This document shows, one piece after another, positions 49,088 to 60,337 of a stretch of 64,000 nt of DNA. The stretch covers positions 186,001 through 250,000 of the forward strand of contig NW_013657658.1 in assembly GCF_000142905.1 (NCBI RefSeq), read 5' to 3'. Numbering within the stretch: the first letter of the stretch is position 1; each line of letters starts with the position of its first letter. Under the pieces are notes generated by a model. The model did not search any database. It saw only the letters and a program-made list of their open reading frames with translations, and was not told the origin of the DNA. The DNA comes from Thecamonas trahens ATCC 50062 (taxonomy: Eukaryota; Protista; Apusomonadida). A program made the position numbers and the translations under genes.

Positions 49088-51883
49088 CTACACTCGCACC
49101 CCACCATCGAGCGCAAAAACCGCAGCCTTGACCCGCCGCTTCATCTCGTGCCGGACCTGGCGCGTCCGCTCTTCGGCCGACATCTTGGCCCACTCGGCGA
49201 CCGGCACAAACGGATGCTGTCCGTTGGCGTCGTACACAGCAGTCATGAGCTTGAGCGAGAGCGGCGTCGCGTGCGCCATCGCTGCCACAATGGCGCCGGC
49301 CGACGAGGTCTTGGCCTTGGCCTTGGCCTTGGCCGACGGCACCAGCAGGTTCTTGAGGAAAAACGTCACGTCCTGCCGCAAGAACACCAGATCCTCCGAG
49401 CCGACCAGCCGCTGGAACGCGCTGTGGACGTCCTCGGCCGAGTGATTGAGGAGGAGGACTGTAAAGACGAGCCGGAAGAAGAGCAGACCGGCCTTGGAGA
49501 GCGACTCGAGCTGCGCGCCCTTGAGCACAGTCATGCTCGCCGCCCCGCGCCCGAGCAGCGCGCCCACAAGCTTGGCCAGATTCAGCCGTTCGGCCGCGCT
49601 CAGCTCGGCTAGCGCCCGGAACTTGTCCCACATCGCAAACTGGAACGTCACCCGGTGGTTGTGATCGCTTTTGAGGACCTTGCTGATAAAGTGCTCGTAG
49701 AACGGGTTGTACTGCGTCTCCTGCAGCGCGCTCTCGATGGCCACATGCACAATCTGCCGCGCCTGCTTCGGCCGCAGGCTCAGCTTGCTCACCTTTTCAA
49801 ACGCGTCCACGTAGTCGCTCGACGTGACGAGGACAAAAAACACTGCCTTGCGCACCTCGGTCGTCATTCCCATCTCCGACGCAAGCGCCGCAAGCTCCGG
49901 CGGCACCACAGGCACCTCCACCTTGGCGTACTTGGCCGCGTCGTCATGCATCGCCTCGCCGAGCACCCACCACAGCCCAGCCTTGCCCTGCTCGAGGTAA
50001 CGCGATGCAGTCAGCCGCAGCGGCCCGCTCTCGCCCGTCCGCGCCGGCAGTGCCTTGTAGTATGGCTCCAGGCCTGCCCGCTCGTCGCTCAGCCGCCGCC
50101 GGTTGTTGCGCACCTGATGGATCGTCTCAAGCATAAACGTGACCCGCGAGGTGGAGCCCAGCGCTTCGGCTCCGCCGGCTGCCCTCACTGCCGCGTCCAC
50201 ATCGCTGATCATCGTCTTGAGCGAAACTGGGTCGTCACCGCGGAGGCGCGCCCGCAGTGGGTCAGCAGCACCAGAACAAGCTCGACCCCGTTCTCGTCAA
50301 GCCTCTCCAGCACCCGCTTCACCAGATCGTACATCAGCTCCGCGCCACAACCCAAAGTTGTACAGCTGGACAAGGAGAAGCATGACTGGCCGCGATGCCA
50401 CAAGCTTGCCGGCCGCCCGCCGCCCGGCATCAGTCCACGCCGCGCCACCCTCACTCTCGCCGACAAAGACCTGCACCAGCCGCTCCACAATCCGCGCAGA
50501 CACATCCTGCCCTGCCTCAATGTGGAGCCACGCCACCGCCGCTGCATATGTTGTCAGCAGCTCGTCAATCCCGCGCTTCTGCCCAGACATCATTCCTAGC
50601 ATGATCGAGGTCAGCAGCTGCGCCACTTCGATCCTAGGCTGCTGCTCGAGCACAGCCACAATCTTGCCGCACATAGGCGCAAGGTTGGAGACCGCCAGTC
50701 GGTTCACCACGCCCCGCAGTTTTTGCGCAATCCGCCGCCGCTGTGCCAGAGTCTCGGCATCAACCGCTGCCGATGATGATGATGATGACGACGACGAATA
50801 GCCCGAGCTCGATCCACTGCCGCTGCTACCGCTGCCACTGTCACTGCTGCTGCTGTTGCTGCTGCTGCTCGTCGCAGAGTTGCTGCTATCGCGCAGCTCG
50901 TCCTCGTCAAACTCGTCGCCAAAGTCCATGGCCGAGTCCGAGTCGGACAGCACACCGCCCCACCACCGCCACCACCGCCACCACCGCCGCCGGCGGCGGA
51001 GAGGCCCTTAAGCACTGCATCGCCAGCAATCTCTGCATAGTCAAACTCGTCCTTAGTCTGCTTGCGGCGCTTGCGGTTGAGGCCAAGCTTGCGCTCCAGA
51101 TCAGCAATCTCCAGATCGATGGTGTCCTTCATGTCGTCGCCGTCCTGACCATAGTCGCCATCGATGAGGCCCTCCTTGGCGAGCAGCTTGAGAAAGTTGG
51201 CGTTGGCGCCCTTCTTCTGTCGCTTCCGCTCCCTCCCAGCTTCGTCCGAGTCCGAGTCGACTTCCTCTGACTCGGTATCCGATGAGAAGGCGCCGCCCTC
51301 GGCCGGCTTGTTGGCGTACGCCTTGAGCACCGGTTCCTTCCGCGGCCGCTTCCGCTGCCGCTCATTGTGCGCCCGCTTGCGCTCCGCACGCTCACGCTTT
51401 GCCAGCCGCCGCAGCTTCTTCCTCGACGTCGTCGGCGCCCGATGCATCGACAGATCTTGCGGCAGATGTGACTCCTTCCGCGCCGCCTTCTCCGCCTCGT
51501 CTGTCGCCCCAAACACCCACCAGACCCACACACGTCCGCCCACAACCGCAATGACCGTCCCCAGCACCCACACCATGCCCATCGTCACCCCATTATCCAC
51601 AGTGAGTCTGGCCCTGCCGTCCTCCCTCCAGCTCTCCCAGCCCCGCCTCCCTCCCCGCCCCCCCCCCCCCCCCCCCCTCCCTTTCCGTCGCGAGACGGAG
51701 AGATGGATGGATGTGCAGCCGCCGCCCGAGGGGAGGCCTGGTCATGGGCATGGACGAGGGTGACGTACGCTTCAGTTTAGCCTGATGGGCGAGCTCTTCT
51801 GGAAGTGTCGGGAGAATGTACCGCCGCCCTGTGTTCATCTTATTTCCCCATCGCCGTCCTCCGCCGCGTCCGCGTCCTCCCAT
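49088..51883 (-). CDS. NOM1: Nucleolar MIF4G+MA3 protein NOM1/Sgd1; exon 1 51883-51769, intron 51768-51501; frameshifts near 50959, 50350 and 50252
   Basis: EIADLERKLGL, LRGVVNRL..SN, LYNFGVV, LRGDDP.SLK, SRVTFMLETI..VRNN, GLWWVLG, MTTEVRKAVF.....SDYVDAFEK, QE..YNPFY. Confidence 0.9.
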
Positions 51884-52142
51884 GCTAGGTGGCGGTGAGA
51901 CGAGTATGCGCGGCGGGCTGCTGGTGGCCGAGTGGGAGAGGGAGGGGGGACCAGATCGACGGGCTCGGCCGATCGCCAGAGCTCGTCCGAGCCAGTCTTG
52001 GCAGCCAGGAACAGACCACGATGGTCGGGCATCCCCTCCCATACACACACATGCACTTCCTTCCGGCCCACGGCTGGTTGGTCCGGCGGAGGGGTGCTGG
52101 CTGAGCTCGGCGTCGCCGCAGGTCGCAAGATGCACACGGCGC

Positions 52143-53087
52143 CTACAAAGAGTGCGGCATGCTCTCCCAGCCGTGGAAGGGGCGATCGGGCGATTGGAGC
52201 CAGTTGTCGGGCGACCAGGTCGAGGCCCGGGACTTGAAGTGGAGGGTGTAGGCGTGGCGAGAGCGCGACGAGGTATTAGCCTTGGATGCGTGGAGCACCG
52301 ATCCGTGGAGTAGAACAAGCGAGCCGGCCTGGACCTCCAGCGGTGTGTACGTCTCCTCATCAAACGGTGGGAAGTCGCCATCCATGGCCGTCGCCTGCGG
52401 GTTGTTGGCCTTTCGGGCAAAGCGGGCATGGAGCGGGTCGCGGTGCGAGCCCGGGAGGACCCACAGGCAGCCGTTGTCGACCGTTGCGTCCTCAAGCGCG
52501 AACCAGAGGCCAGTCACCGTCTGTGGCTCATCGATGAGGAAGGAGGCATCCTGGTGCGGGGCAACGACACCGCCGATCCGCGGCGGCTTGACGATGTACA
52601 TCGACTGAACAAGGACTGGGTCGTCGAGCTGGGTGTGGCCCAGGACCTCGCGCACAGCCTGTGAGAAAGAGAAGCGAGTAAAGACCGGGTTGAGATCGTG
52701 CAGCGCGTGACCGATCTTGTTGATGCTCGCCCGCACGGTAGCCGGGTCGGCCTCGGGCCCGATCTCTGCGCCCTCTTCGAAAAAGTAGCGGATCTTGTCG
52801 CCCGAGCCCAAAAAGTAGTCTTCCGAGCCATGCGAGTGATCCGTGGTGGAGAATCGGGTCGTGGGATGGCTCGCCGGGTCAAAGACAGTCACCAGCCGCG
52901 CAAACTCGTCCATCAGCGCCTGGGTCTCCTCGGGAGCGGCAAAGGCCGGGACGACGGCATAGCCCTCGGACGCCAGCTGTTCGCCCACCGTCGCCGCCAC
53001 GCCAGACACACTCCGTCCCACTCCTGCGTAACATCCTTCCACTCCCATCCGCACTCCCATCCGCACTCCCACTCGCACCGTAAACAT
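52143..53087 (-). CDS. PHYHD1: Phytanoyl-CoA dioxygenase family 2OG-Fe(II) oxygenase; 5' exon structure uncertain
   Basis: YFLGSGDKIRYFFEE, SINKIGHALHDL, QSMYIVKPP.IGG.V.PHQD, WFALEDAT.DNGCLW..PGSH, LHAS..N.S.RSRHAYTLH. Confidence 0.9.
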   Translation of the reverse strand: MFTVRVGVRMGVRMGVEGCYAGVGRSVSGVAATVGEQLASEGYAVVPAFAAPEETQALMDEFARLVTVFDPASHPTTRFSTTDHSHGSEDYFLGSGDKIRYFFEEGAEIGPEADPATVRASINKIGHALHDLNPVFTRFSFSQAVREVLGHTQLDDPVLVQSMYIVKPPRIGGVVAPHQDASFLIDEPQTVTGLWFALEDATVDNGCLWVLPGSHRDPLHARFARKANNPQATAMDGDFPPFDEETYTPLEVQAGSLVLLHGSVLHASKANTSSRSRHAYTLHFKSRASTWSPDNWLQSPDRPFHGWESMPHSL

Positions 53088-53539
53088 CGTGTTCCCGCTC
53101 GCCCTTTGCCTTGGCTTCCGCGTCAGGTGGTAGCCCGCCCTGCCACCAGCCGCCAGCAGCCAGCAGCCAGCCGCCGCCAGCCGCCAGCAGCCAGCAGCCA
53201 GCCGCCAGCCGCGAGCAGCTTGCCAGCAGCCCGCCACTGCAGCCAGTTGCCAGCATCCGCGGTCGATAGCAAGACGCATGCCAGACGAGGAACGCCCGAT
53301 CGAGGGAACGGGCGGACTTGTGGCATGGATCAATCGAACAGAGTTGGGATCGATGGCGGTGGACGTGCTACTGCGGCTGTTGCCGTGGAGATAGGTCGGA
53401 TCATCCGATCGGGGCTTGGGACGGGGGGGGGGGGGGGGCATCAAGTCCATCGTTATGGTGGCGGTGGAGGCGATAGCGATGGTGAGCTAGGCTGAATCGG
53501 GCTGAGGGCACACGTGACGACAAGGCGAGAGGAGCAGGT

Positions 53540-54892
53540 ATGGCCGCAGAAACGCATATGTGGCAGGTCGAGGAGCTGGGTCCGGGTGTGGCTCTGGCGC
53601 TGCCGTACCGACGGCTCTGCAGGGTGGAGACTGTGGTGCACGCGGGCGGTGAGCCGGTCCTGGTCGGTGGCGATTCGGAGGCATGCGGCGATGGCGGCGG
53701 AGAAGGCGACGGAGACGGCGGGAGGGTGGATGACATTGGATCATCTGGGTTCCCTCCACTGGCAGTGGCTGTGGTCGATGGTGTGCTGTATGCCATCGCC
53801 AACAAGTGCGCTCATGGCAAGGGCCAACTCTCGCTCGGCGACATCGAGGATCTGGGCGAGCTAAAGTGCGAGGGCGGTGCACATCCGGACGGATCGAGCC
53901 GCGCAGGACTCTGCATTCGCTGTCCCAAGCATTACAACAAGTTTGGCAAAGGCCTCTACTTTGCCCTCGCTGACGGGCGGTCGTTTGTCCCGCAGCGCAC
54001 TCGCAAGTACAAGGACTCGTACGCTGTCCGCGCTTTCCATCTGGTCGTCCGCGACGACGGCTGGGTGTGGGCGGCGGAAAAGGTGGTGCCACCGCCCGAG
54101 GGGATCAAGCGCGGAGTCAAGGGCGCTGCCGATGGAGGCTTCTTGCCGTGGCGGGTGGTGGCTGTCGATGCGCATACCCACGACTCGGCGGTGTACTCGC
54201 TGGAGCCTGTCAATGCCGACCGCATCGGTGAGCTTCTTGCCCGGGCCAGCGACCACGTTGGAGAGGCGTGGCATGTTGCCGTGGCAGCCGCTGATGGCAC
54301 GCTCCGCGACTACACACCACTCTCATCAATGACCGAGTTCATGGCCGGCCATCTGCGCATCCTGGTCAAGATCTACCCCGGCGGCACGGTGTCCGAGGGC
54401 GTGTTTGCCGCCGCTTCCAAGGGCACAGTCCTCGACATCTCGCTCCCTGAAAACACGCTTGACCTACGTCGCCTGGCATCAAAGCCGCACAAGAGCCATC
54501 TGCTGTTGGTGGTGGGCGGGACAGGCGTGGCGCCGGCGCATCAGCTCCTCGATCACGCCGGCGGCTTTGCACGGGTCACCGTCCTCGTCTCGCAGCGGAC
54601 CGTTGGTGATCTTCTTGTCGCTGACGAGCTCGAGGCTCGTGCCGCTTCTGTTGGCCCGTCTTGCCGTGTTGTACACACCCTCACCGATGAGCCTGGTGGC
54701 GCCGATGTCTGGTCCGGGGCCCGCGGCCGGCTCGACTCCGGCTCGGTCCCTGAGCTCATCGGCGAGCTCAACCCAGGCGATCGCCTCCGTGCTGTGGTCT
54801 GCGGTCCACCAACGTTTGGCCCTGCCCTTGCTGCCGCTCTTGCTGAGAGTCTTGGTCTCCGCCGTAAGCACATCGTCGTTCTGGACTCGTAA
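53540..54892 (+). CDS. Rieske [2Fe-2S] ferredoxin fused to a cytochrome b5 reductase/FNR-like FAD/NAD(P) oxidoreductase
   Basis: Rieske motifs CAH and CPKH with an RFESD-like LSLGDIEDL between them. FAD motifs RDYTP and LVKIYPGG.VS. NAD motifs GGTGVAP and VCGPP. Confidence 0.85.
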   Translation: MAAETHMWQVEELGPGVALALPYRRLCRVETVVHAGGEPVLVGGDSEACGDGGGEGDGDGGRVDDIGSSGFPPLAVAVVDGVLYAIANKCAHGKGQLSLGDIEDLGELKCEGGAHPDGSSRAGLCIRCPKHYNKFGKGLYFALADGRSFVPQRTRKYKDSYAVRAFHLVVRDDGWVWAAEKVVPPPEGIKRGVKGAADGGFLPWRVVAVDAHTHDSAVYSLEPVNADRIGELLARASDHVGEAWHVAVAAADGTLRDYTPLSSMTEFMAGHLRILVKIYPGGTVSEGVFAAASKGTVLDISLPENTLDLRRLASKPHKSHLLLVVGGTGVAPAHQLLDHAGGFARVTVLVSQRTVGDLLVADELEARAASVGPSCRVVHTLTDEPGGADVWSGARGRLDSGSVPELIGELNPGDRLRAVVCGPPTFGPALAAALAESLGLRRKHIVVLDS

Positions 54893-55012
54893 TCGCTGTC
54901 CACGACCACCCTCCCAGGTAAACCAGCACTTGCCTTGATCATCCACGCTTCGTTCCCCTACATCATAACCTCCATCCTCCCTTGTTGTTGTAAAAGTAAT
55001 CGTCAACTAGCC

Positions 55013-58000
55013 ATGCCCCGAGTGCACACCCCAGATGGTGCCATCAGCAGTACGGTTAGCGAGCAGGCAGCCGACAGCCAACCCCCGACAGCGAGGCCAC
55101 GCCGGTCAGCACTCGACTTCACAGCGGTGGTGAAAGCGGGGGGCATGGCGACCAGTTCCGAGTATGATTCACTGGATGACGTGGAGGTAGTGGGTATGTA
55201 TTCTAGGGGTGGGGTGGGGGGGTATGGGGGGGTTATGGGGTATGGGGTGGGGGTGGGTGGGACGGGAGAGGGGAGGGGGGGGGGGGGTCCGTTACGAGGT
55301 GAGAAGAGCGGAGGGGAAGGGGGGTGGGAGGGGAGGAGGGGGGGGATGGGAGGTACTTATGGAGGCATGATGATGATGCTTATGATGATGATGATATGTG
55401 GTGTGATGTATGGTGTGGTATGGTGATGGGGGGGGAGGGGTGACAGACATTACTCGTCATTCCTCGGATGATGAGGATGAGGATGATGAGGATGATGACG
55501 GTGATATGGGCTTTGTCCTCGGCGTGCATCACCCTACTGCACCTGGTGCTGATGATGATGACGATGTCGGTATTGTAGATGATGACGATGATGCCAACGA
55601 GACGCTTGGCATCCTCGACGATGGCGAAGCCAACGAGACGCTTGGCATCCTCGACGATGGCGAAGCCAACGAGACGCTTGGCATCCTCGACGATGGCGAA
55701 GCCAACGAGACGCTTGGTATCCTCGACGATGACGAAGCCAACGAGATGCTTGGCATCCTCGATGACGACGGCCTCAGCCCCAATGAGTCGCTTGGTCTCT
55801 TCAAGGGCAGCGTCGACAGACGCCTCGAGTCGGCAGCAAACATGGAAAATGCCTCCGGCAAGGACGGCGACAACGTTCGCAGGCTGGAGATCGAGTTGGT
55901 CGAGGCAACGCGTGCGGCAGAGGCGGAGCGGCAAGAGCTGACGAGCAAGGTGGAAAAGGCCAAGGCCGAGGCAAGCGAGGCGATGGCCGAGGCCGCTGCG
56001 CTGCGGACGGCGCTTTTCGAGGAGCAGGAGCGGGTGCGGAGTGTGCTTAATGAGCTAGCTACGGCACAAGCGACGCTTGCTGACGCGCGGGAATCAGAGG
56101 CTGCCGCCGTGGCTGAGAGCGTGGCGAACCGGGCCGAGGCCGAGGTTCTTGTCGACAAGTGCCGCGAGGCGTCGGCGGCGGCTGTGCAGGCCGCAGCCGA
56201 TGCCAACGCGCAGCGCGCGGTGCGGGAGATGCAGGACGAGGAGCTTCAGGGTCTGCGCGAAACGCTGGCCCGGATTGGCGTCGCGCCTGCAGCAGCACAG
56301 TCTGTCGAAGCTGCGCACGCGCTCAGCCGTGCCGCCGACGCCCGGGCTTCCGAGCTCTCGTCGCAAGTCAAGACCATGCAAGCTGCTGCGCAGCTGGCAG
56401 AGACACAGCGGACCCGGCTGGCAACGCTGCTGCAGCTGGCGGAGGCTCGCAACGCGGCGCTGACTCGGCAACTCGCTGCCGCCGCCGCCCAGGCCGCTAC
56501 CGACCGCAAAGCCCTCTGCGTCGACCTTGGGCGTGCGCTCAACACTCTCTCGGACTCGCACCAGGCAGAGCTTGATCGGTTGGCGGCTCGGCACAACCGC
56601 GCAGTTGCGGTCCTCGAGTCCGAGGTTAGTGCGCTGGAGGCTGCGGTTCGGCGCGAGGCCGATGCTGCCACCGACGACGTTGTCGTCCTCCGCGCTCAAC
56701 TCCGACGGAGCAGGCTGCAGCTTGCCGCCGCCGAGGACGAGCTTGCCCTGCTTGCGCGGCGGCGTGCGGCTGGGCCTGACATCGACACGTCATTGGCGGC
56801 CGAGAACATGCAGCTCTCGCTATCGCTGAGTGAGGCACAGGCCAAACTGGCCGCGACGCCGAGCGGGACACCGAGTGGGACACCGCTTCGCACGGGCAGT
56901 GGCAACAACCCAGCGATCTCGCTCTCTTCCGAGGCCCTCGTCGACCGCGAGTCGCTCCGCGGCGAGCTGACCTCGCACAGGGCGCAGTTGGCGCAGCTGC
57001 AGGGCGACCATCGCCAGCTCCGCAAGGCGTACGCCAAGCTCGAGGACCTGCACCGCGAGGCTATGGCCCAGCTGAGTGAGGCGCAGTCGGCCGAAGTCAT
57101 CAACGCCGACGTCCAGATGGAGCTAGAGGAGATGCATGAGGCCAACATGTCGCTGCGGCGCAAGCTCGAGCGGGCGTCGAGAGCCATCTCGGTGCTCAAG
57201 AGCCGCGTGGTAACGGCTGCAGACGGACCGGCGTCGCCGGCCGCGCTCGCTGCAGACCGCGTCGCCGCCGCCGAGTCGCGTGCAGACGCCGCCGAAGGTG
57301 CGCTCGAAGTTGAGCGCTCGCGCTCGCTGGCAGCAGCCAACCAGTGGGCTCTGGAAAAGGAGGAGCTGCGAGCAATGATCACGTCACTGCAGGCCGTGGT
57401 GGCCCAGGTCCAGGTTGAGCGCTCGTCGCAGGCGTCGTCGCTGGAGGAGCTCTCGTCGCTGGCAGCGTCGCTCAACGCGTCAGCCGATCTCGACTCGGCC
57501 ACCATGGCCGAGCGGGTCGTGCACCTCGAGGCCGAGTTGGCCCGGACCCAGACTGAGCTGAGCCAGGCCAAGAGCGCGGCGGCTAGTGTGGCGGCGCAGC
57601 AGCAAGCGTCGTCTCCCATCCGCAATCCAGACGACGTGGTCCGCAACGCAATTCTTGCCGAAAAACTTGCTGCCCTCCAGGCCAAGCACCAGGAGACCCT
57701 CGCCGAGCTGCAAATTGTGCTCGAGCGTGCCGGGCCGTGCAGCATGTGCGGGTTCGACCCACGGCGCGATGACGAGGCCGTGCTCGAGACCGAGATTGGC
57801 CTTGACGTCGAGCTGACTGTCCGGGCGCCGGCGCTCCGCTCGCAGTCGGTCATCGAGGCCTCGCTCATCTTTGTCCCGCTGCGGTCGCTGGCCATCGCCA
57901 CCCGCGTTGTCCGGCAGGAGCTGGGTGCAGTAGTGGTGGCCTTTACCCCGCCGCGGGTTGGAGTCTACGAGCTCCACGTTGTCGCCGATGGCCTGCCGCT

Positions 58001-58727
58001 CGACGCATCGCCGCTGCGAGTTGACGTCATCAAGCAGTCGGGCCGGATCAGCGCCACTGTGCGCACCGAGTCGCCGCCGGTCATGGCGCGGGCCGAGCCC
58101 TGCAACGAATGTGGCCGTCGGGCACAGCACCTTGCCTCGTGCTCACAGTACCTCGAGACTTGCGGGGAGTGTGGCGAGCGGGTGCGGCGTGTCGAGCTGC
58201 AGCGCCACGCTGCAGTTTGGTGTTCCTCGCGGCGGGTCTCCTGCGGCGTCTGCGCCTCGGTCCTGCGCGTCGGCGACTATGCCGGCCACATGGGCCGCCA
58301 CGTCGCAGCGTTCAAGGCCAAAACCGTGGTGGAGAACCCGGCCACTCACTTTGGCGTCTTTATCTGTGAGAACTTTACCGGTGGAGCCCGCGTGGCTTCG
58401 GTCCGCCGCGGCCAGCCGGCGCAGCTCGCCGGCCTCCGTGGGGACGACATCATCACCGCTGTCGCCGGCATTCGCGTCGAGTCCAAGGACGAGTTTGCCC
58501 GGGTCGTCCGCGGCGAGTGCGTGCCGACCGTCCCGGTCCAGATCGACTACCTCCGCGACTCGGAGCTATTCACCGTCACCTGCGTTCCTGAGCAGATCGG
58601 TCTCTCCCAGCGCGAGTTTGAGCAGCTCAAGATCCTCGCTGCCGAGTGGCTTCCCGACTACGATCCTGAGCCGCTGCTCTCCGACGCCGCCGACGGTGGC
58701 GCTGACCTCGTCCCTCCGCCATCGTGA
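55013..58727 (+). CDS. Coiled-coil + filamin-type Ig + TRAF-like zinc fingers + PDZ protein; exon 1 55013-55193, intron 55194-55446
   Basis: Phase-1 GTATGT..GACAG intron. Long heptad region. Filamin-like VAFTPPRVGVYELHV..DG.PL..SP. CxxC..H...C repeats. PDZ-like GARVASV..G.PA..AGLR.DDII.AV.G. Confidence 0.75.
55593..55772 (+). repeat. Coding 36-bp tandem repeat x5 (ANETLGILDDGE)
   Basis: Units start at 55593, 55629, 55665, 55701 and 55737; a degenerate sixth starts near 55779. Confidence 0.95.
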
Positions 58728-59037
58728 GCCCGGCCTTTGTGCACCGCAACCGGCAGCCCACACGATTCGCATAAACCCACCATGCATGTCGCCGCCACCG
58801 TCGACAGTCGGCGAGCCGCCCGACCGACCGCCTGCCCGCCGAGCCCCCCCCCCCCCCCCCCCCCAAAAAAAACAAAACNNNNNNNNNNNNNNNNNNNNNN
58901 NNNNNNNNNNNNNNNNNNNNNNNNNNNNNNNNNNNNNNNNNNNNNNNNNNNNNNNNNNNNNNNNNNNNNNNNNNNNNNCCCCCCCCCCCCCACCCCCCAC
59001 CACACACACACGCACACACGCACCACCCCACCCGCCC

Positions 59038-60012
59038 ATGTCTGCTCGGGCCAAGGCGCAAGCTCTCCTCCCGCGGGCTCTCCAGCGCCGCAAGCGGCCG
59101 CGGGGCGTTCTCCGGAAAACGACGGCGAGTCAGCCATGGACGACGTTCCCTCTGTTGCGTGTTGGCCGTGGCGTCATCCGCCTCCTGCCCGAGGATGATG
59201 CTACGGCGGCCGAGCGACACGCCGGGTTGGTCGCCGATGCTGCGGTGGAGATGGAGGCTGGCGGTAGTGGAGACAGTGGCGAAGGGGCAGACATGGCGCA
59301 TCGAGTCGGCGAGCATGGTCCCGTGCGGCTGTGGCAGATCAGAGCGGCCGATGTGGCTGCGCCGCTGCCGCTGGCTCCACTGCACGCTCCGCTCAAAGGC
59401 CAGCTCGCCACCAAGCGGCTGGTCGTCTACTCGTCGCGGTACGAGATCGTCTCGCACGAGCACGTTTCCGCCCTCGTCACCGACGCGCGCGAGTCTGGTT
59501 GCCGCCCAAACGTCGTCAAGGCCCTGCTATGGCATCCTGGAATCAAGGCCTGGCGCGATGCCCTGCCGACCGCAGACATGCCAGCGGTCGACGACGCCAC
59601 CGCTGTGGCTCATCCGGCCCTTGCCATGGATGGTCTCGTCCAAGCTCATCGTCGCATTCGGCCAAAGGTCAAGCAGACTCGCCTCGCGCCGATGCCGGAT
59701 GTCGAAGACCAGCTGTCGGCCAAACTGGCGACGCCGGCCTCGCCGCCGCCCGAGTCCGAGTCCAAGCCTGACGACCATCGGAGATCCCGCACAGGATCTG
59801 CGCGCGCCCGTCGTCGGGCACTTGTTGCCGCACTCTCCCGAAAGCGCGCCTCTCGCTCCGAGCGGCGCCCTCCCTCTCCAACCCACTCCCATCGGCACAC
59901 CAGCAACCGCACCGGCAGCGATGGCGATGCCAATAGCGATGACGACGACGAGATATACCATCGCCAGCGCAACGCTTCCATCACCTCTTTCTTTGCCGCC
60001 CCTCGTCCCTAG
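59038..60012 (+). CDS. Hypothetical basic protein (324 aa)
   Basis: ATG follows a C-rich leader, the frame is open and codon usage looks typical. No family recognised. Confidence 0.55.
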   Translation: MSARAKAQALLPRALQRRKRPRGVLRKTTASQPWTTFPLLRVGRGVIRLLPEDDATAAERHAGLVADAAVEMEAGGSGDSGEGADMAHRVGEHGPVRLWQIRAADVAAPLPLAPLHAPLKGQLATKRLVVYSSRYEIVSHEHVSALVTDARESGCRPNVVKALLWHPGIKAWRDALPTADMPAVDDATAVAHPALAMDGLVQAHRRIRPKVKQTRLAPMPDVEDQLSAKLATPASPPPESESKPDDHRRSRTGSARARRRALVAALSRKRASRSERRPPSPTHSHRHTSNRTGSDGDANSDDDDEIYHRQRNASITSFFAAPRP

Positions 60013-60337
60013 GGCGCAATGATGGATAAACCCCCGCGTCCAGGTTGCGTTGACCACGTAGGGCTCGTCCAGTTGGCAGTCTCGCTTGCGTTTGTTGGTA
60101 CTCAACTTGTTCCCTTCGGTACGATTACCATGATCGCGGAGCGAACCACGGTCATAGGAGGCAAGCAGCCCAACTGCATCCATACCACCACCATGTTGTT
60201 GGAGGCAGTGACCGGCCATGGCAGAGTCAGAGGGAGCAGAAGGGGGCCGGACGAGGTGAAGCAGGATCATGCCCAGGCGGCGGCTTGGTGCGGCACTGCA
60301 CTCACATGGACTCAAATTGGCGAACAGTTGACATCGG

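Noticed and set aside
41637-51883. CCT8 and NOM1 as pseudogenes
   Set aside because: The motifs are fully conserved on both sides of the lesions, there are no internal stops after repair, and the genes are essential.
55593-55772. 36-bp repeats as a CRISPR array
   Set aside because: The units are head-to-tail with no spacers, lie in frame within a eukaryotic CDS, and there are no cas genes.
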